DNA of 64,000 nt from Octopus sinensis (lineage: Eukaryota), in the NCBI RefSeq assembly GCF_006345805.1, contig NC_043006.1, forward strand, positions 80,352,001 to 80,416,000, written 5' to 3'. Below the pieces are notes generated by a model. That model worked only from the letters and a program-made list of their open reading frames with translations. It was not told the origin of the DNA and ran no database searches. Of the stretch, positions 50,431 through 64,000 are shown piece by piece; positions within the stretch are counted from its first letter, which is position 1, and every line of letters starts with the position of its first letter. The position numbers and the translations under genes are program-made.

Positions 50431-50515
50431 CGTTTTCAATTTCCTCTACTTTGTATTTTTTCGCATTGGTCCTCTACGAGCACTCTGTAAATATCCCATA
50501 CTTTCTGTAACATAC

Positions 50516-50546
<31 letters not shown>

Positions 50547-50580
50547 AGTATGTATGTATGTATATATATATATATATGTA

Positions 50581-50744
50581 TACAAAATGGGACAAGAACG
50601 CAAAACATCCGGACAACTAGGTGATACAAAATGGGACAACAAAACATCCAAGGACGTCTCATTCGAAGTTTTTTATCTTCAGTCAAGAACCAGATTATCC
50701 TCGCAATTTCGGTTGTCCGGATGTTTTGCGTTCTTGTTCCATTT

Positions 50745-50748
<4 letters not shown>
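50581..50748. mobile_element. MITE-like element in (TA)n
   Basis: TIR tacaaaatgggacaagaacgcaaaacatccggacaac pairs with gttgtccggatgttttgcgttcttgttccattttgta. Confidence 0.75.
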
Positions 50749-50781
<33 letters not shown>

Positions 50782-50878
50782 ATAACGGGAAGCTTTATGA
50801 AAATAAACAAAGACGAAGGCAGTGGAAAACAAACGAACAATTGTATTAGTATGGCGCTCAGGAAATAAATAAAACAAG

Positions 50879-50916
50879 TCTTTAACGTTTCGAGCCTACG
50901 CTCTTCAACAGAAAGA
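50879..50916 (-). ncRNA. Minimal hammerhead motif with a single core substitution (A6U)
   Basis: tcttt-CTGTTGA-A-GAGC-gtag-GCTC-GAAAC-GTT-aaaga; all three stems pair. Confidence 0.5.
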
Positions 50917-51366
50917 TACACAGAGAGAGAAAAACACAGAAAGAAGGAGAGAAAAAAAATGCGTGCAGTAGCTAACGAATCAACATGGCGATCTGATTTC
51001 GGCCAGAGGTCAAAGATCAAACATGAGACGCGAGAGCGAAATAAGGGGAGATAATAGGGTTGATAAATGGGTTGAGGGACCAGCTAAAAGTGCGTGGGAG
51101 GGGTCTGGATGTGTGTATGTATAGGGTTGGTGTATGTATTAGTATGTATAAGGGTGTGTGTGTATGAGAGAGTATTAGTGCGTAAGATTGGTCTGGACGT
51201 GCGTATGTATGGGGTTGGTGTATGTATTAGTATGTATTAGTACGTATTGGTATGTATAGGTGTGTGTGTGTGTGTGTGAGAGAGTATAAGTGCGTATGCG
51301 GGTCTGGACGTGTGTATGTATATATATATAGCAGCGCATGTACACTTTGTTCTCTTATATGTAACT

Positions 51367-51417
<51 letters not shown>

Positions 51418-51429
51418 GTATATATATAT

Positions 51430-51790
51430 ATGGACAAATGATGTTGGCATCAATTTTAAAATCCATCTAAGACTTGGCATCCGTGCTATCCGCCCACTAC
51501 AAAAATCCAACTCGATATACATAGCAACATTACGTCACAATTACTTTACCTCAATCAGTCCAGCTCTCTTTATTACCATGCCAAAATACGTCAAAACGGA
51601 AAGGGATCCCATAAAATTCAAATTTCTTCAGAAAATCCCGAACCGGGACATACCCGGACATACCTCCAGCAATAGTAACTCTTTGCTAGAGTGGGCCATG
51701 GTGTCCCATATATGACTAAAATATTTCAGATGGCGCTGTTACGTTAGACATACTCTGGGCCTATATTGGTCTAAGCCTATCAAAGTTATA
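51430..51790 (+). mobile_element. Older CR1-like LINE 3' end
   Basis: INFKIHLRLGIRAIR...PALF...NSNSLLEW, homologous to 15232-15555. Confidence 0.75.
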
Positions 51791-52079
51791 TATACATATA
51801 TATATACATACATACATACATACATACATACATACATACATACATACATACATACATACATACATACATACACATAATATATACAGGGTGATTCAAAAGT
51901 CTCTATACATAGGAATATATATATATACATATATACATACATACATATATATAAATATATAGATACGTATATATTCTTTTATCTTTTATTCTTTTACTTG
52001 TTTGAGTCACTTCACTGCGGCCATGCTGGAGCACCGCTTTTGTCGAGCAAATCGACCCCAGGGCTTATATATATATATA

Positions 52080-52562
52080 TACATACGTTTCGAAAAACAA
52101 TGCAAAAATGTAAGAAAAATATAAATCATAGTGATTATAGTTATAATTGAAACTAAAAAATTAAAATTAAGAATAAAAATAAAAATAAAATTTATTTATT
52201 AATTTTTTCTTCTTTTTGCGTCTCTCTCACCATTATTATTGTTGATGAAATTATTTTTCCCGTTCACAACTTGGTTCGTAAATTATCAGATTTCCTTTAT
52301 TGCCCCATCTGTGTTCTCTTATTGTATCATATTTTATTTTTATTTTATCTTATTTTTATTTCATTTTACTTCATCTTATTAAACTTTTTTGATATCCTTC
52401 AAAAGATTCCTCACTGAGGAGAATGACAATGCATAAATTAAATTTTGAATTTTATTTTTATTTTATTCCTAATTTTAATTGTTTATTTTCACTTATCATT
52501 ATAATCACTATGATTAAACATTTTTCTTACATTTTTGCTTTGTTTTTCAAATAGTATGTATG
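52080..52562. repeat. AT-rich foldback element (arms about 120 bp)
   Basis: gaaaaacaatgcaaaaatgtaagaaaaa pairs with tttttcttacatttttgctttgtttttc. Confidence 0.75.
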
Positions 52563-52867
52563 CATTGAATCCAGTTTTATAATAAATCTATTTCTGTTTC
52601 AACATCTTTTCTCCATTTTTTAAATATTTGTTTATGGTATATTCTTATACCTATAACGAATCTCCTCAAATATTTCTTTCATATTATTATTGTTTTGGCT
52701 AATTTTCATGAATATGATGAATTCTTCATTATTTACATTATTTACATTCGACGGATAACGTTTCGGCTGATATACCCTCCAGCCTTCTTCGGGTGTCTTG
52801 GGGAAATTACCAACCTGGCTACTCAATCCTAAGGTATTTTTCGAAGTTATTATTATTATTATTATTG

Positions 52868-53442
52868 TTATTGAGTGAGACAGCAGTTCAGGCCATCAAA
52901 GTGACACTGGGGTAAAATATACGAAGCCCAATATACCCATCATGACTACCCGTCTGATAAAGGTACACCAGGCACATGCATCACAACCATATGTGCGCGA
53001 CATGGTGATCTCATATCAAGATAAACAGCACATGACCTTGCAGGTGGGGCCCAGTTAGAATTTTCTTCAGGCTGAGTAGCCCATCTCGCTCAAACGGTCC
53101 CTGAATAAGGGTTGTTTAAGGATGTTGAAAGAACCACCCATGTTTCCAGAGGTGAACTATTCAAACCCCAAAGAATCCCTCTCAACACATGGCTATGATG
53201 CTCCCCCACTACTTCTGCTCGTGATCAGAGATGCACATATCGTCAGCCACTAAGGGACATGCTCAACTGGTTATGGTCAAACAACTGACAAGCAAATCTG
53301 TGGTATTGAGCAGAATATTTGCTGTAGCCCATCTTTTATACCAAGACAAAACAATGTACATGATAACACTTCCAATTAGTTAAGATCAGAAGCCATGAGA
53401 GCCACTGCCTGGTACTGCATCTATTATTATTATTATTATTAC

Positions 53443-53518
<76 letters not shown>

Positions 53519-53870
53519 GTTCAGGTCATTGCTTGGAATCAAACTTGGAATCTTAGGGTTAGCAGCCCGCGCTCTTAGCCACTACGCCATATAGGCACGG
53601 GCATATGGCGTAGTGGTTAAAAGCGAACAACAACAACAACAATAATAATAAATGCCCTGATGTAGTACCAGGCAGTGGCTCTCATGGCTTCTGATCTTAA
53701 CTGATTGGAAGTGTTATCATGTACATTGTTTTCTCTTGGTATAAAAAATGGGCTACAGCAAATATTCTGCTGTACCCTTATCAGACGGGTAGTCATGATC
53801 GGCATACTGGGCTTCGTATATTTTACCCCAGTGTCACTTTGATGCCATGCACTGCTCTCTCACTCAATAA
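52868..53870. mobile_element. Head-to-head pair of a long tRNA-headed SINE (family E): full minus copy 52868-53592, internally deleted plus copy 53603-53870
   Basis: ccactacgccatat-10 nt-atatggcgtagtgg; bodies and tails are reverse complements. Confidence 0.85.
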
Positions 53871-53906
53871 TAATAATAATAATAATAATGATAATAATAA
53901 TAATAA

Positions 53907-53942
<36 letters not shown>

Positions 53943-53944
53943 TA

Positions 53945-54001
<57 letters not shown>

Positions 54002-54159
54002 CATACAGAAAATTACACTACTAGGCACCGCACACATCCTACGCAGAACACTTTTCATACAATAACCATCAGAGCATCACAACAAATCACAGCACATACC
54101 TAAGGCACACAGAGCTGCGCTCGGTAGTGAAGTGAAAGCACGCTATAAAAATAAAACTA

Positions 54160-54235
<76 letters not shown>

Positions 54236-54282
54236 TCGAAAAATAACTTAGGAATGAAAACCCGGGTTCAAAATTTCCCCAA

Positions 54283-54328
54283 GACACCTGAAGAAGGCTG
54301 GGGGATATATCAGCGGAAACGTTGTGTT
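54283..54328 (+). ncRNA. Minimal hammerhead motif, same family as 41280; inverted partner at 52757-52797
   Basis: gacac-CTGAAGA-A-GGCTG-loop-CAGCG-GAAAC-GTT-gtgtt, with one stem II mismatch. The partner has a perfect stem II but has lost the 3' strand of stem I. Confidence 0.55.
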
Positions 54329-54663
54329 AACAACAAACAAGATGAGGACAAATATCCGTCGAATGTAAATAATATAAATAATGTACATAATTCCTCATTT
54401 CTTAAATATAGAACTGTATGATGAATGCTTATTAGAAATCACTTTTTCTCCCTTTTTGTTTAGATCCCCACAAAAGTTTGAATTGTTCTTTTTGAACTTA
54501 CCTTTTCTCTCTCTCTCTCTCTCTGTCACACACACACACACACACACATATATATGTAGGTAAATGTATATGTAAGTAAACAGATAAATAAGTCGATATA
54601 TAGTTACATAACTAAAACGACCAGAAAAAGCACACACACATGCACACATAAATACAAGCATAC

Positions 54664-54694
<31 letters not shown>

Positions 54695-55019
54695 CACAAA
54701 AGAAGACTGAAACACATGATCATACACACACACATTCAAGCATATAAACATGAACACACAAACACATGAAATCATGAATATGCAGAATACATACATACAA
54801 ACATACATACATATGTGTATACACTTGCAATTGACGCACATACATGCGCACAAACAAACAAACAAAATAGAACGCAACCCCGATAACGGACAGAGTCAAT
54901 GGCTATTGAAGAGTTTGCAAGAAGCAATGCTAATTTTAGAAAAATTAATTAGATAAGTAAGTGGAAAGAGTGTTAATTAATAAGGCATTAAAACAAAATG
55001 ACATTCCCCTGATACAATA

Positions 55020-55050
<31 letters not shown>

Positions 55051-55639
55051 TGTATGTATGTGTGTGTGTATGTATGTATGTATGTATGTATGTATGTATG
55101 TATGTATGTATGTATGTATGTATGTATGCATGTATGTATGTATGTATGTATGCATGCATGCATGCATGTATGTATGTATGCATGTATGTATGTATGTGTG
55201 TGTGTGTGTGTGTATTCGTCCATCCGTTGATCGTATGTTACTTTAACGTCCCTTTAAATTTTATCCCAACTGGTTCGCCAGCACTGGGAGTGATCTGCTG
55301 AACGGAATGTGTAAAGGGGTAAAGGGGATCAAGTCCTATCACCACTTTTTGCCGGTGGCAGGAGGTCAGACTTTCTCTTATAATGCACACAACCTGTAAT
55401 GGTACCACAAGATGTCTCCTTCGACACTCTATAATTCTGACAACCCACCACACAGAATTATATTTATCTACCTGAAATGAATGAAAAGTACACGAACTAC
55501 TTAGATGGTATCTGAAGCAAAAGCCCGACAGCTACAACAAATTGAATAAGCCAGTCAATTTAGCGAAGTAACCACTTAGGAATCATACGCATGTGCACGC
55601 GCGCACACACACACATACAGCCTACACATACTACACGCA

Positions 55640-55663
55640 CTTGTATGCACACATACACGCATA

Positions 55664-55721
<58 letters not shown>

Positions 55722-55815
55722 TGCATACACGCATACACCGCACGCACATACGTATATATATATATACATATATATATACATATAACACACACATTTTTAT
55801 ATATATAACACACAC

Positions 55816-55847
<32 letters not shown>

Positions 55848-55866
55848 ATGTATGCATATATATATG

Positions 55867-55923
<57 letters not shown>

Positions 55924-56108
55924 ATGTATGCATATATATATGTATGTATATATATATATTATATATGTATATATATATATATGTATATATATATGTATAT
56001 ATATATGTATATATATGTAATATATATATACATATATATATACATATATATATGTATACATATATACATATACATATATATATATACATATATATATACA
56101 TATATATT

Positions 56109-56172
<64 letters not shown>

Positions 56173-56198
56173 ATACATACATATATGTATGCATACAT

Positions 56199-56240
<42 letters not shown>
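55640..56240. repeat. Compound (TA)n/(TG)n/(CA)n microsatellite (one of dozens in the window)
   Basis: Direct inspection; such tracts generate the YIYI/HTHT/VCVC ORFs. Confidence 0.98.
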
Positions 56241-56501
56241 TCTTACGCTTACCTATTAAACTAACTTAAACCTTGTCTCCAAACGCAATAACACAGCAAG
56301 TGACGCGTCGAATGTACAAATCACAACCAGTTATTCCGACAACTTTATTCTCAGTCTGCCACGTCTCCTCTACATGATGTTATACATAGTATATATAATA
56401 GAACGTAAAACCTCGTTTCTGAATTGTGCCCTCAAAGAAATTATTAGAAATACAAGTTGTAATGAGACAATTACAAATTAGTAAACGATTTGGCAACTTA
56501 C

Positions 56502-56660
56502 GTGACAGGAACATATTTCAAACCTTCATGACACTCCTAAAAGTGGGAGAAGGAAGTTGTTACGCCAACTACGTCTGGAATGTTGCTTGCTGATTTCAAT
56601 TGTATATATTCCAGGACCGTAAACAGTTTCTGACTGTTGAGTTTGTAATTCCTGATTCTG
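56502..56660 (-). other. Putative non-coding 5' exon of GPCR copy 2 (5' boundary uncertain)
   Basis: Ends ...tgttcctgtcac|GTAAGT (donor 56501-56496); homologous to 26853-27010. Confidence 0.6.
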
Positions 56661-59600
56661 AAAGTTTTTTCCCAAAGTTATTTATTTTATAGTAATGTAT
56701 GAAATAAAATAAAGTAAAATATAAAAAAAGATTTAGCCAATGGGAGCTTATAACGTCATTAGAGTTCACTGAAGACGTAGGTCATATTTGATCTTGGTTT
56801 TGCTCTATTTTATTTATTTTATATGCTTTTGGTTTCAAAACAATTCCGTTAGTCGTATGCCTCTTATAAAACAATAACGATGATATACTTACACCAATTA
56901 CATTAATAGTAATATTGACTATCAAATTTACCCTATGCGTGCTCACATTTATTTTATTGTGCTACGAAGTTTACTATTCAATAATTTGCGTTTTTAATAA
57001 AGTGGACGCTATAATGCATTTATTCAATTCACTTAAGTAAGATTTGTATATTTTCAATATGAATACTCATCTAAATTGATCATCGTATGTTCTAACACTC
57101 TGTTTCAAAAACATTTGATAATCGAACGAGCAGTTTGTTAAACTTGTAATACTCAAGGGTTCTGACGACGAACCAATATTCGAATATTCGCATGTTCATG
57201 CTTTAAAACTGTTTGGCAATTGTTGTCCAGTAATCTAGATAATCGTCATGTAAACACAGTAGAAACATGAACCAATTAGTTATTGAAGTGACTTTGGCTG
57301 GAAGACAAAGAGGGTTTGAGAGAAAAGTGCATTTTCAGGTTAATTAATCCCATGACACGTTCGAATCTATGACTAATATATAAAAGAATTTTACCAACTG
57401 CATCAAATATATGGTTTAATAACGGATACTTTAGAAATACAGTTTAGGTGTTGCTATTGTTTAACCAACACATAAACACCGATCAAATAAAGATAAGATC
57501 AAAGGGATGGCAGCCATGATCATTTTTCTTTTTTCTTTTAAGAAACCTTGTGTTTAGGACTACGTTGTGTACAACTGTAAGCTTGGAACGTATAATTTGA
57601 GCAAGATTTGACTGCTAATTCTAGCAATTTTAGAAGAAAATAGTGGCTTCTTGTGTTAACTCGGTTTCGGTAATTGTTCAGCTTATTTATGATGATAGCA
57701 AGTTAATACAAACTTCCTGATGTATAAGAATTTTAATTATGTTTGCTTTTGATTGCAATTACTATTCTGTTAACCAATCATGATTTTATGCGGGAAACAC
57801 ACCTCTAAATTTGTGTGCATACTTTCTGTATGCGTGTGAGTGTGTGTGGTGTGCGTATGTTAAGAGTAGATCTGTTTTAAACCGAAAGAGGGAAAGAGAG
57901 AGAAAGGGAGAGAGAGAGGAATAGAGGGAGAGATAAAGAGATAAAGAGAGAAATTGCTGACAGTATGAGGTACTAAACCCCGGTTCGCATACCATTGCTT
58001 CGTTTCATTTTATGTCTGATTAAAACATATGGTTCCGCTGGAAAAAAGTTTGAAGTAATTTGAGAATCGCATCGCGATTTTGATCTGGAAAAGAAAGAAC
58101 AAAAACAAAACTTTTCATTACTCTTATATACCTATTTCTTCTTTATTATGTAAAGGTGCGCGGTCTAGTTAGGGTGATTAACGTGTTCGGCTTGCCATCA
58201 TAAGAGATTGGGTTCAATTTCTGGACCGGACGACACGGTCTGTCTTTCAGTAAAGCATTTCCTTTTAAATTGCTCCAGTCTGTTCAATAGAAAATGTACG
58301 CCAGCTGTGTGCATTTCTCTCTCTCTTTCTCTCTCTCATACACGCATACACATTCTCCCTCTCTCTCTCTCTCCAGTTGTCACATCCTAAATATGCTACT
58401 ATTTCAAACGATGGGGAAGCATAGATGGTGTCTGTCTGCACACGAGTACTCAGTCATTACGTGAGAGAGAAACAAAAAAAAAAAACAGAGAAAATTACGA
58501 GGAGAAACCGTGAAGAAATATTTTAAAGGGAAGTGGTATAAATCTGTTCATGGCATCTAGATTATGTCCCTTCAACAAGTTAAATGAAGAGTATTCTTAA
58601 TGTTGATCTTAAATCTAAAAATGTCTATACCTAGTGTGGTATACTGCAGTCCTTTGGGTTCCGCTATCTCGCTTTGTGTATAATTTACACAAAAATGTCT
58701 ACGTGTATGACAGAAGACTGGTGGTTAGCGTATTTATTTTTGAAGTCCCTTTGGTGCAGTCCGAAATATTATTTTTATTTTAATTTCCTTATTTGACTAA
58801 AAAAAAAAATGGGTACCTCGGCGACGAAGGCAACTGTACTAGCCTTGCACCTCTGGTCAAGAGGTCAAGTATCTGGACTGTCAGAGTTGAAGTCATATGT
58901 GAGCATTTTATTATGTTTCCTTTTTTCATAACAACAGCTGTAGAAAGCTTTCACAGAATGTCTATTGAAAAATGTCTAACATTTATAGCTATTGGGGAAA
59001 TGTTTCTCTGTCAAGACTAGTAATTTTTTCTGTTTGGTCATTAGTGATCTATTTTCTAGCGAACTCTGCTTTATCTATCGAGTGGACGATATCAAACATT
59101 GTTCGAGACTTATCCTTTCAATATGATAATACTCAATGACAGTGTAACTATTTGTCCACCGTTGCAGTTCTGCATTCTATTACGAATATCTTTTACGGTA
59201 GAATACTAACAGAATCGTTGGTACGACCCACAAATTAATTAAAAGCATTTCGTCTGTAAGTACTTTCCGAGTTTAAGTTTCGTTGAGGTCGACTTTGTCT
59301 TTCATCCTTTCGAGAGACAATTAAATAAATATCACTTGAGTACTGGGGGGTGTCAACGTAATCGACTTTCCAATTTCCCAAAATTTCACGCCTTGTACCT
59401 ATAATAGGAAGGATATGTTTTTGGCTGCTAAACCTATATCTGTCCCAATGGGGGTTTATATGTTTGCAGGTTGGCTTCTTTGTAAATTTGAGTTTGTGAT
59501 CCTTTAATTTTATAAAGGCTCACTCTTTTAGTAACATTCTATAACATCATGTATTTTATTACGCATTGCAATGACTTTAACCTCATCATTGGTGTCTTTA

Positions 59601-59918
59601 TATATATATATATATATTAGTGTTCGGCTTCTTATATTTACTATCGTACCTCATCAATAGTATTTATCATTTCTAGCTTCGTATAAATTATTAGTCTAAT
59701 CAGAAAAAAAACAAAACAAAAAAAGCGATTACGTAAACAGCTTAAACTACTTTATTCTTTGTCCCTGTTCACCTACCCCCACTAGGCATACATTTTCTAG
59801 ATGTAAACATTCAAATTTAACAATATTACTTCTCTAACCGGTTAAGGAGACATAACCTGGAAAATGCCACTTTTCATTAAGACATTCTCCGTGTATTTCT
59901 TCTTTTTCTCGCATGCCT

Positions 59919-59963
<45 letters not shown>

Positions 59964-60217
59964 CACCCCCCCTCTCTCTCTCTCATATGCACACTCATCG
60001 ATAATATTGTTCATTTTTGGAGGTCTGAACAGTAAAAAGCTGAAGGGAATAATGAAGAAATGTGGAGGACAATGATGGAAATAAACACGGCTCAGGTAGT
60101 ACGAATATGAATATGCAGACCAATTAAAGGCCGACTCCGAGACAAAGATGGGACAAAACTTGTATTAGTAACGCAGTAGAAAATGACGTTATATATATAT
60201 ATAATATATATACATAT

Positions 60218-60474
60218 TGGTCTCTTTTGCTAAGTTACGGGGACATGAACACACTAACATCAGTTTTCAAGCGATGGTGGGGGGACAAACACAGACACAG
60301 ACAGACAGACACACATATATACTACGGGCTTCTTTCAGTTTCCGTCTACCAAATGCACTCACAAGGCTTTGGTCGACCCGAGGCTACAGTAGAAGACACT
60401 TGCCCAAGGTGCCACGTAGTGGGACTGAACTCTAAGTCATGTGGTTGGTAAGCAAGCTACTTACCACACAGTCA
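60218..60474 (-). mobile_element. SINE family A
   Basis: Reverse complement of the 24124-24540 head and middle. Confidence 0.85.
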
Positions 60475-61071
60475 TAGATATAAGGTTGAAAAGTAACACA
60501 CGAGTTGATATCTATAAGGAAAGTTAGACAAAGCAGAAGATGCTAAAATAATTTTATCATGAAATACGTTTTGTGACGATTATTACCGATTTCAGTCTTA
60601 TTGATTTTCTCGATAAAGATGGATATTAATTAAGAAGAAAAAAAAAATAAAACGAAGGAAAAATTAAATGAAATGTTTTGTAAATATTTCCATAGTCTTC
60701 AAATAGTTAAGACATTTTCCTTTTTTCTGTCTCTCTGTCTGTCTGTCTGTCTGTCTCTCTTCCTCTGTGAAGGCTCGGTAGGCAGTAGCAGATCTGAAAA
60801 ATAGTGTTTGTGGGTGAGGAGACATTTGGTTCTGAAGTTTGATGGTTTAAGCAGCAGCAACTGAGGGAAGAGAAGGCGAAGAAGGAGGGTAAGGAGAAGA
60901 AAACGAAGGAGAAGTAGATGTAAGACGATTACGGGAGTGATATGACCCAGTAGTAGAGGCTGATTGTGAATTTTTCCCGTATCGAAGTACGACAAGCTGA
61001 AAAAAGTTAATTTGATAGTTCACAGTTAGCAAAGGGAATTGTGTATGCGAATAAACATTCAAAAATTAGGG

Positions 61072-61364
61072 AATGGAGCAGATGAAATCTAGGCTATGTA
61101 GGCTTCATAGCTAGCAGAACATCGGAAGTAGAAAATTATCCAAACGAGGGGTAGACCGCAAGCTATTCTCCAGGCCTAGGCTACCATGACAATATGAAAT
61201 TTACATAGCCGTTAGGAGATTCAGTGTTAACTCGTTGGGGATTCAAAAGAAGGTATCCTTTGCCTGAAGAGTAGCTTGCGGTCTATCCATTCGTTTGGAG
61301 AATTTACTACTTCCGAAGTTACGCTAACATGAAACATATGTAGCCTGGATTTATCTTCACCATT
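61072..61364. mobile_element. MITE-like element with TIRs of about 103 bp
   Basis: 61072-61175 pairs with 61262-61364 (gtagaccgcaagcta / tagcttgcggtctat), about 80% identical by eye. Confidence 0.75.
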
Positions 61365-62636
61365 TCTATATTTTGAATATTATATGTATATATATATATA
61401 TTATATATATTATATATAATATATATATAATATATATATATAAATATGTGTGTGTATGTATACATACACACTCACACACACATACACACACATATAATTC
61501 TTGATTTCTATATTTGAATTCTACCTCCTTATCGTGTGCACATGGATCTAAACATTGTCTGACGATTCGAGGCATTACTTATACAGCACTGTTAATGCAA
61601 AAAACATGGATATAGTCTTTGACGCTTAAAAATGTGAACATGAAAACCAACTAAATTTGATATACGAGAAATACACAATATTCATGTTGCTTTCAATGAC
61701 GAAGTGTTCACACTTATAGTTAATAGTAAAATCTGTCAGAAATCGAACTACCAGTCGAACGGCTGATCTTTTGTGTGGATCATCGCCTTTGCATTACGTT
61801 CTTAATTAAACACTGATAGAGTTCAAATCGTTCAAATTAAGTTATCCGTTATTCGGTGATTAAATGTGCCTTAACACTAAAAACGCTTCAGAATTGTTGC
61901 GTAACTGACGCGGGTAATTTTTCACGGAGAAGTGTATTCTTCTGTATAACTAAAATACATAACATACATATAGGCTGACATTACAAGTCTGACTTGTAAA
62001 AGATTCATTACACGCAGAGAAATCTGTAAGCGTAGCAGGAGACTCAAGCTATATGTTTATGGATCTTAAGACACCTCGACATCAACAGCGTTATAGCCAC
62101 CATCAGGAGTCACGTCTTCACATCAGTATCCCAAGTTTATTTTGTTATCTAACATGTTTTAAGCTAAAAGCTATCATGTAAACATTGCGCCAATGCATTC
62201 CATCTGTTATTCAAGTATCCAATGGGAAGTAAAAGTTAAGCAAATGTTAAACATCTTCCGTTGGTGTGTTTATGTGCACTTTTATAATGATGGACACCGT
62301 CCATAATATCAACATCACTATAAATATTTTACTTACGCTTTAGAAGTTTACATTCGGTTTACAGCAGCAAATCATTTATACAGAAACAAAACCTTAGAAT
62401 AAATAGCAAACTAAGTGTATTGTTATTACTGAAAGAAAACTGCCAGTCAGTAGCGGTAAAGAATTAAGTTAAATGTTAGTTTTGCTTAAACGATTTAAAG
62501 TCTATTATAACAAGCATTACGTGCGCGCGCAAACACACAACCGTGTGTGCACATATTTACGTATATATTGTCATCTAAATTCGTTCGTTTCTTTGCAATC
62601 TTATTTCGATTACTACGTATTTTATGTTTCTTCTTG

Positions 62637-62736
62637 NNNNNNNNNNNNNNNNNNNNNNNNNNNNNNNNNNNNNNNNNNNNNNNNNNNNNNNNNNNNNNNN
62701 NNNNNNNNNNNNNNNNNNNNNNNNNNNNNNNNNNNN
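62637..62736. other. Assembly gap (100 N)
   Basis: Run of 100 N. Confidence 1.
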
Positions 62737-64000
62737 GCTCTATACCCGTTAAAAGGAGGGTCTGGCATGCCGTGGTTGATGATGCGCAGACACGCGCTGA
62801 GACTGCGACATCTCTGGCTCTATGTAGACGACGGTGAAAGGTAGGGTGGGCATGCCCGTGGTGATGGTGAGACTGCCGTCTTGTGACGGCAGGTTGTGGT
62901 CGCCGTTTCACGCTTTCCGCAGCTCGTCTCCATGACCGAACTGCAGTCGTGGATCAAAAAGAGGCCGAGGAAGGGCGAATGGCACCGCGAGTGTCGCGTT
63001 GCTCTCAAGCAACTCTGCCGTCCTGGGTCGACCTTAAGTGACTTCAACACAACCAAAGCATTCTATAGGGGTTTAGTGGAGGGGAGGTACGACGACGAGC
63101 TCGGGGCGAACTGGACGTCGACGAGGAGTACCTGACCCGCCTGTTCGGGACGACTTTCGGGCCAGGCCCATGGACAACTTCCAGAGATCCCTGGCCTGCA
63201 GTGCTACCGAGAAGCGCTACCCGTCGGGATAAGCTCTACAGACACGGCTCGAGAACACGGGGCCGACCTGCCCGAGATGCGGTCAGAGCGACGAAAACCG
63301 TTCTGCACGCACTCGTTCAGTGTCCAACAATTTCCGACCTGTGGGCTTATGTCGAACAACTGCTGTCACGTGTGGGACGAGTCGGTTTATCAGCTGAATC
63401 TATCGTCAATATTGTCACGCCTCCTTCCTTCAAACGGGAAGGAAGAGCTATTTTCATCATCCTTGTGGCTATGGCGAAAGAATGTATCTGGTTGAGCGCG
63501 TCTGAAAGGATTGGAGACAAACACTTTCCTCTCTGGTCAATCTCTCATCAACTTCTTCAAGTACCATTGAAAAGGAAAGTGAGAGTAGAGAGGCAAGTTT
63601 TGTCTAGCGAATGTTTTAAAAAAAGATGGGTGAATGTAGCAAGAATGGCACGTATGAATGACGAAGCCACCTTGAGCATAGTCCTATGAACCCAGAAATC
63701 GAAAACAGAGAGTTGCTTATTTGCAAAAAAAAAAAAAAAAAAGAAATATAAAATGTGACTTCATTGACCGAGGTTACCGTGGTCTTTTCCGTAGGCTTTT
63801 CTTTCCACGGGTAAACCTCACCTGTCCTCCCCTTTACACTTCATATTGACATTTCTGTGATAACGATCCCTATTGATCAATTTTTTTTTCCTCTCCCCCT
63901 TTTTTTTTTTTTTAACCCCCCTTTTTTTTGTCCTCTTTCTCTCCTTTTACGATCCCTTTTGATCGAAACTCCCCTTCTCCCTTTTTTTTTTTTTTTTTTT
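62737..64000 (+). mobile_element. L1/Tx1-like LINE ORF2 C-terminus (zf-RVT region) and 3' UTR, frameshifted
   Basis: P..KGG.GMP segment; TVLHALVQCPTISDLW zinc-knuckle remnant; MAKECIW; GC-rich relative to the flank; homopolymer-rich 3' region. Confidence 0.75.

Noticed and set aside
50660-50700. Hammerhead-like CTGAAGA...CTTCGAAT inside a MITE (minus strand)
   Set aside because: GAAA is broken and stem I does not pair; at most a decayed relic.
57155-57195. Hammerhead-like CTGACGA...CGAAT
   Set aside because: GAAA is not intact, stem II overlaps the core and there is no stem I.

Overview
AT-rich, microsatellite-saturated animal DNA. The SINE families and repeat density point to an octopus or other coleoid cephalopod (inference). 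The genic content is two tandem minus-strand paralogues of a family-B, Methuselah-like GPCR with an SMB-like Cys-rich ectodomain. Copy 1 has an intact 654-aa single coding exon (11476-13440). Copy 2 (36804-38760) has two single-base deletions and no nonsense codons. Each copy appears to have a previously unapparent non-coding 5' exon far upstream (GTAAGT donors at 26852 and 56501), giving introns of about 13 kb and 17.6 kb. Everything else is repeat-derived: about 5 tRNA-derived SINE families, CR1-, RTE- and Tx1-like LINE fragments, Penelope-like (PLE) RT/GIY-YIG remnants, Helitron pieces, an LTR with a polypurine tract, foldback elements and a 100-N gap. The most striking non-annotated signal is a set of type I hammerhead-ribozyme motifs from several sequence families. 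One is textbook-perfect (20446-20494), one has a U3-A8 covariant core, and most occur as divergent inverted pairs inside or around the GPCR introns. All alignments and folds were done by eye.
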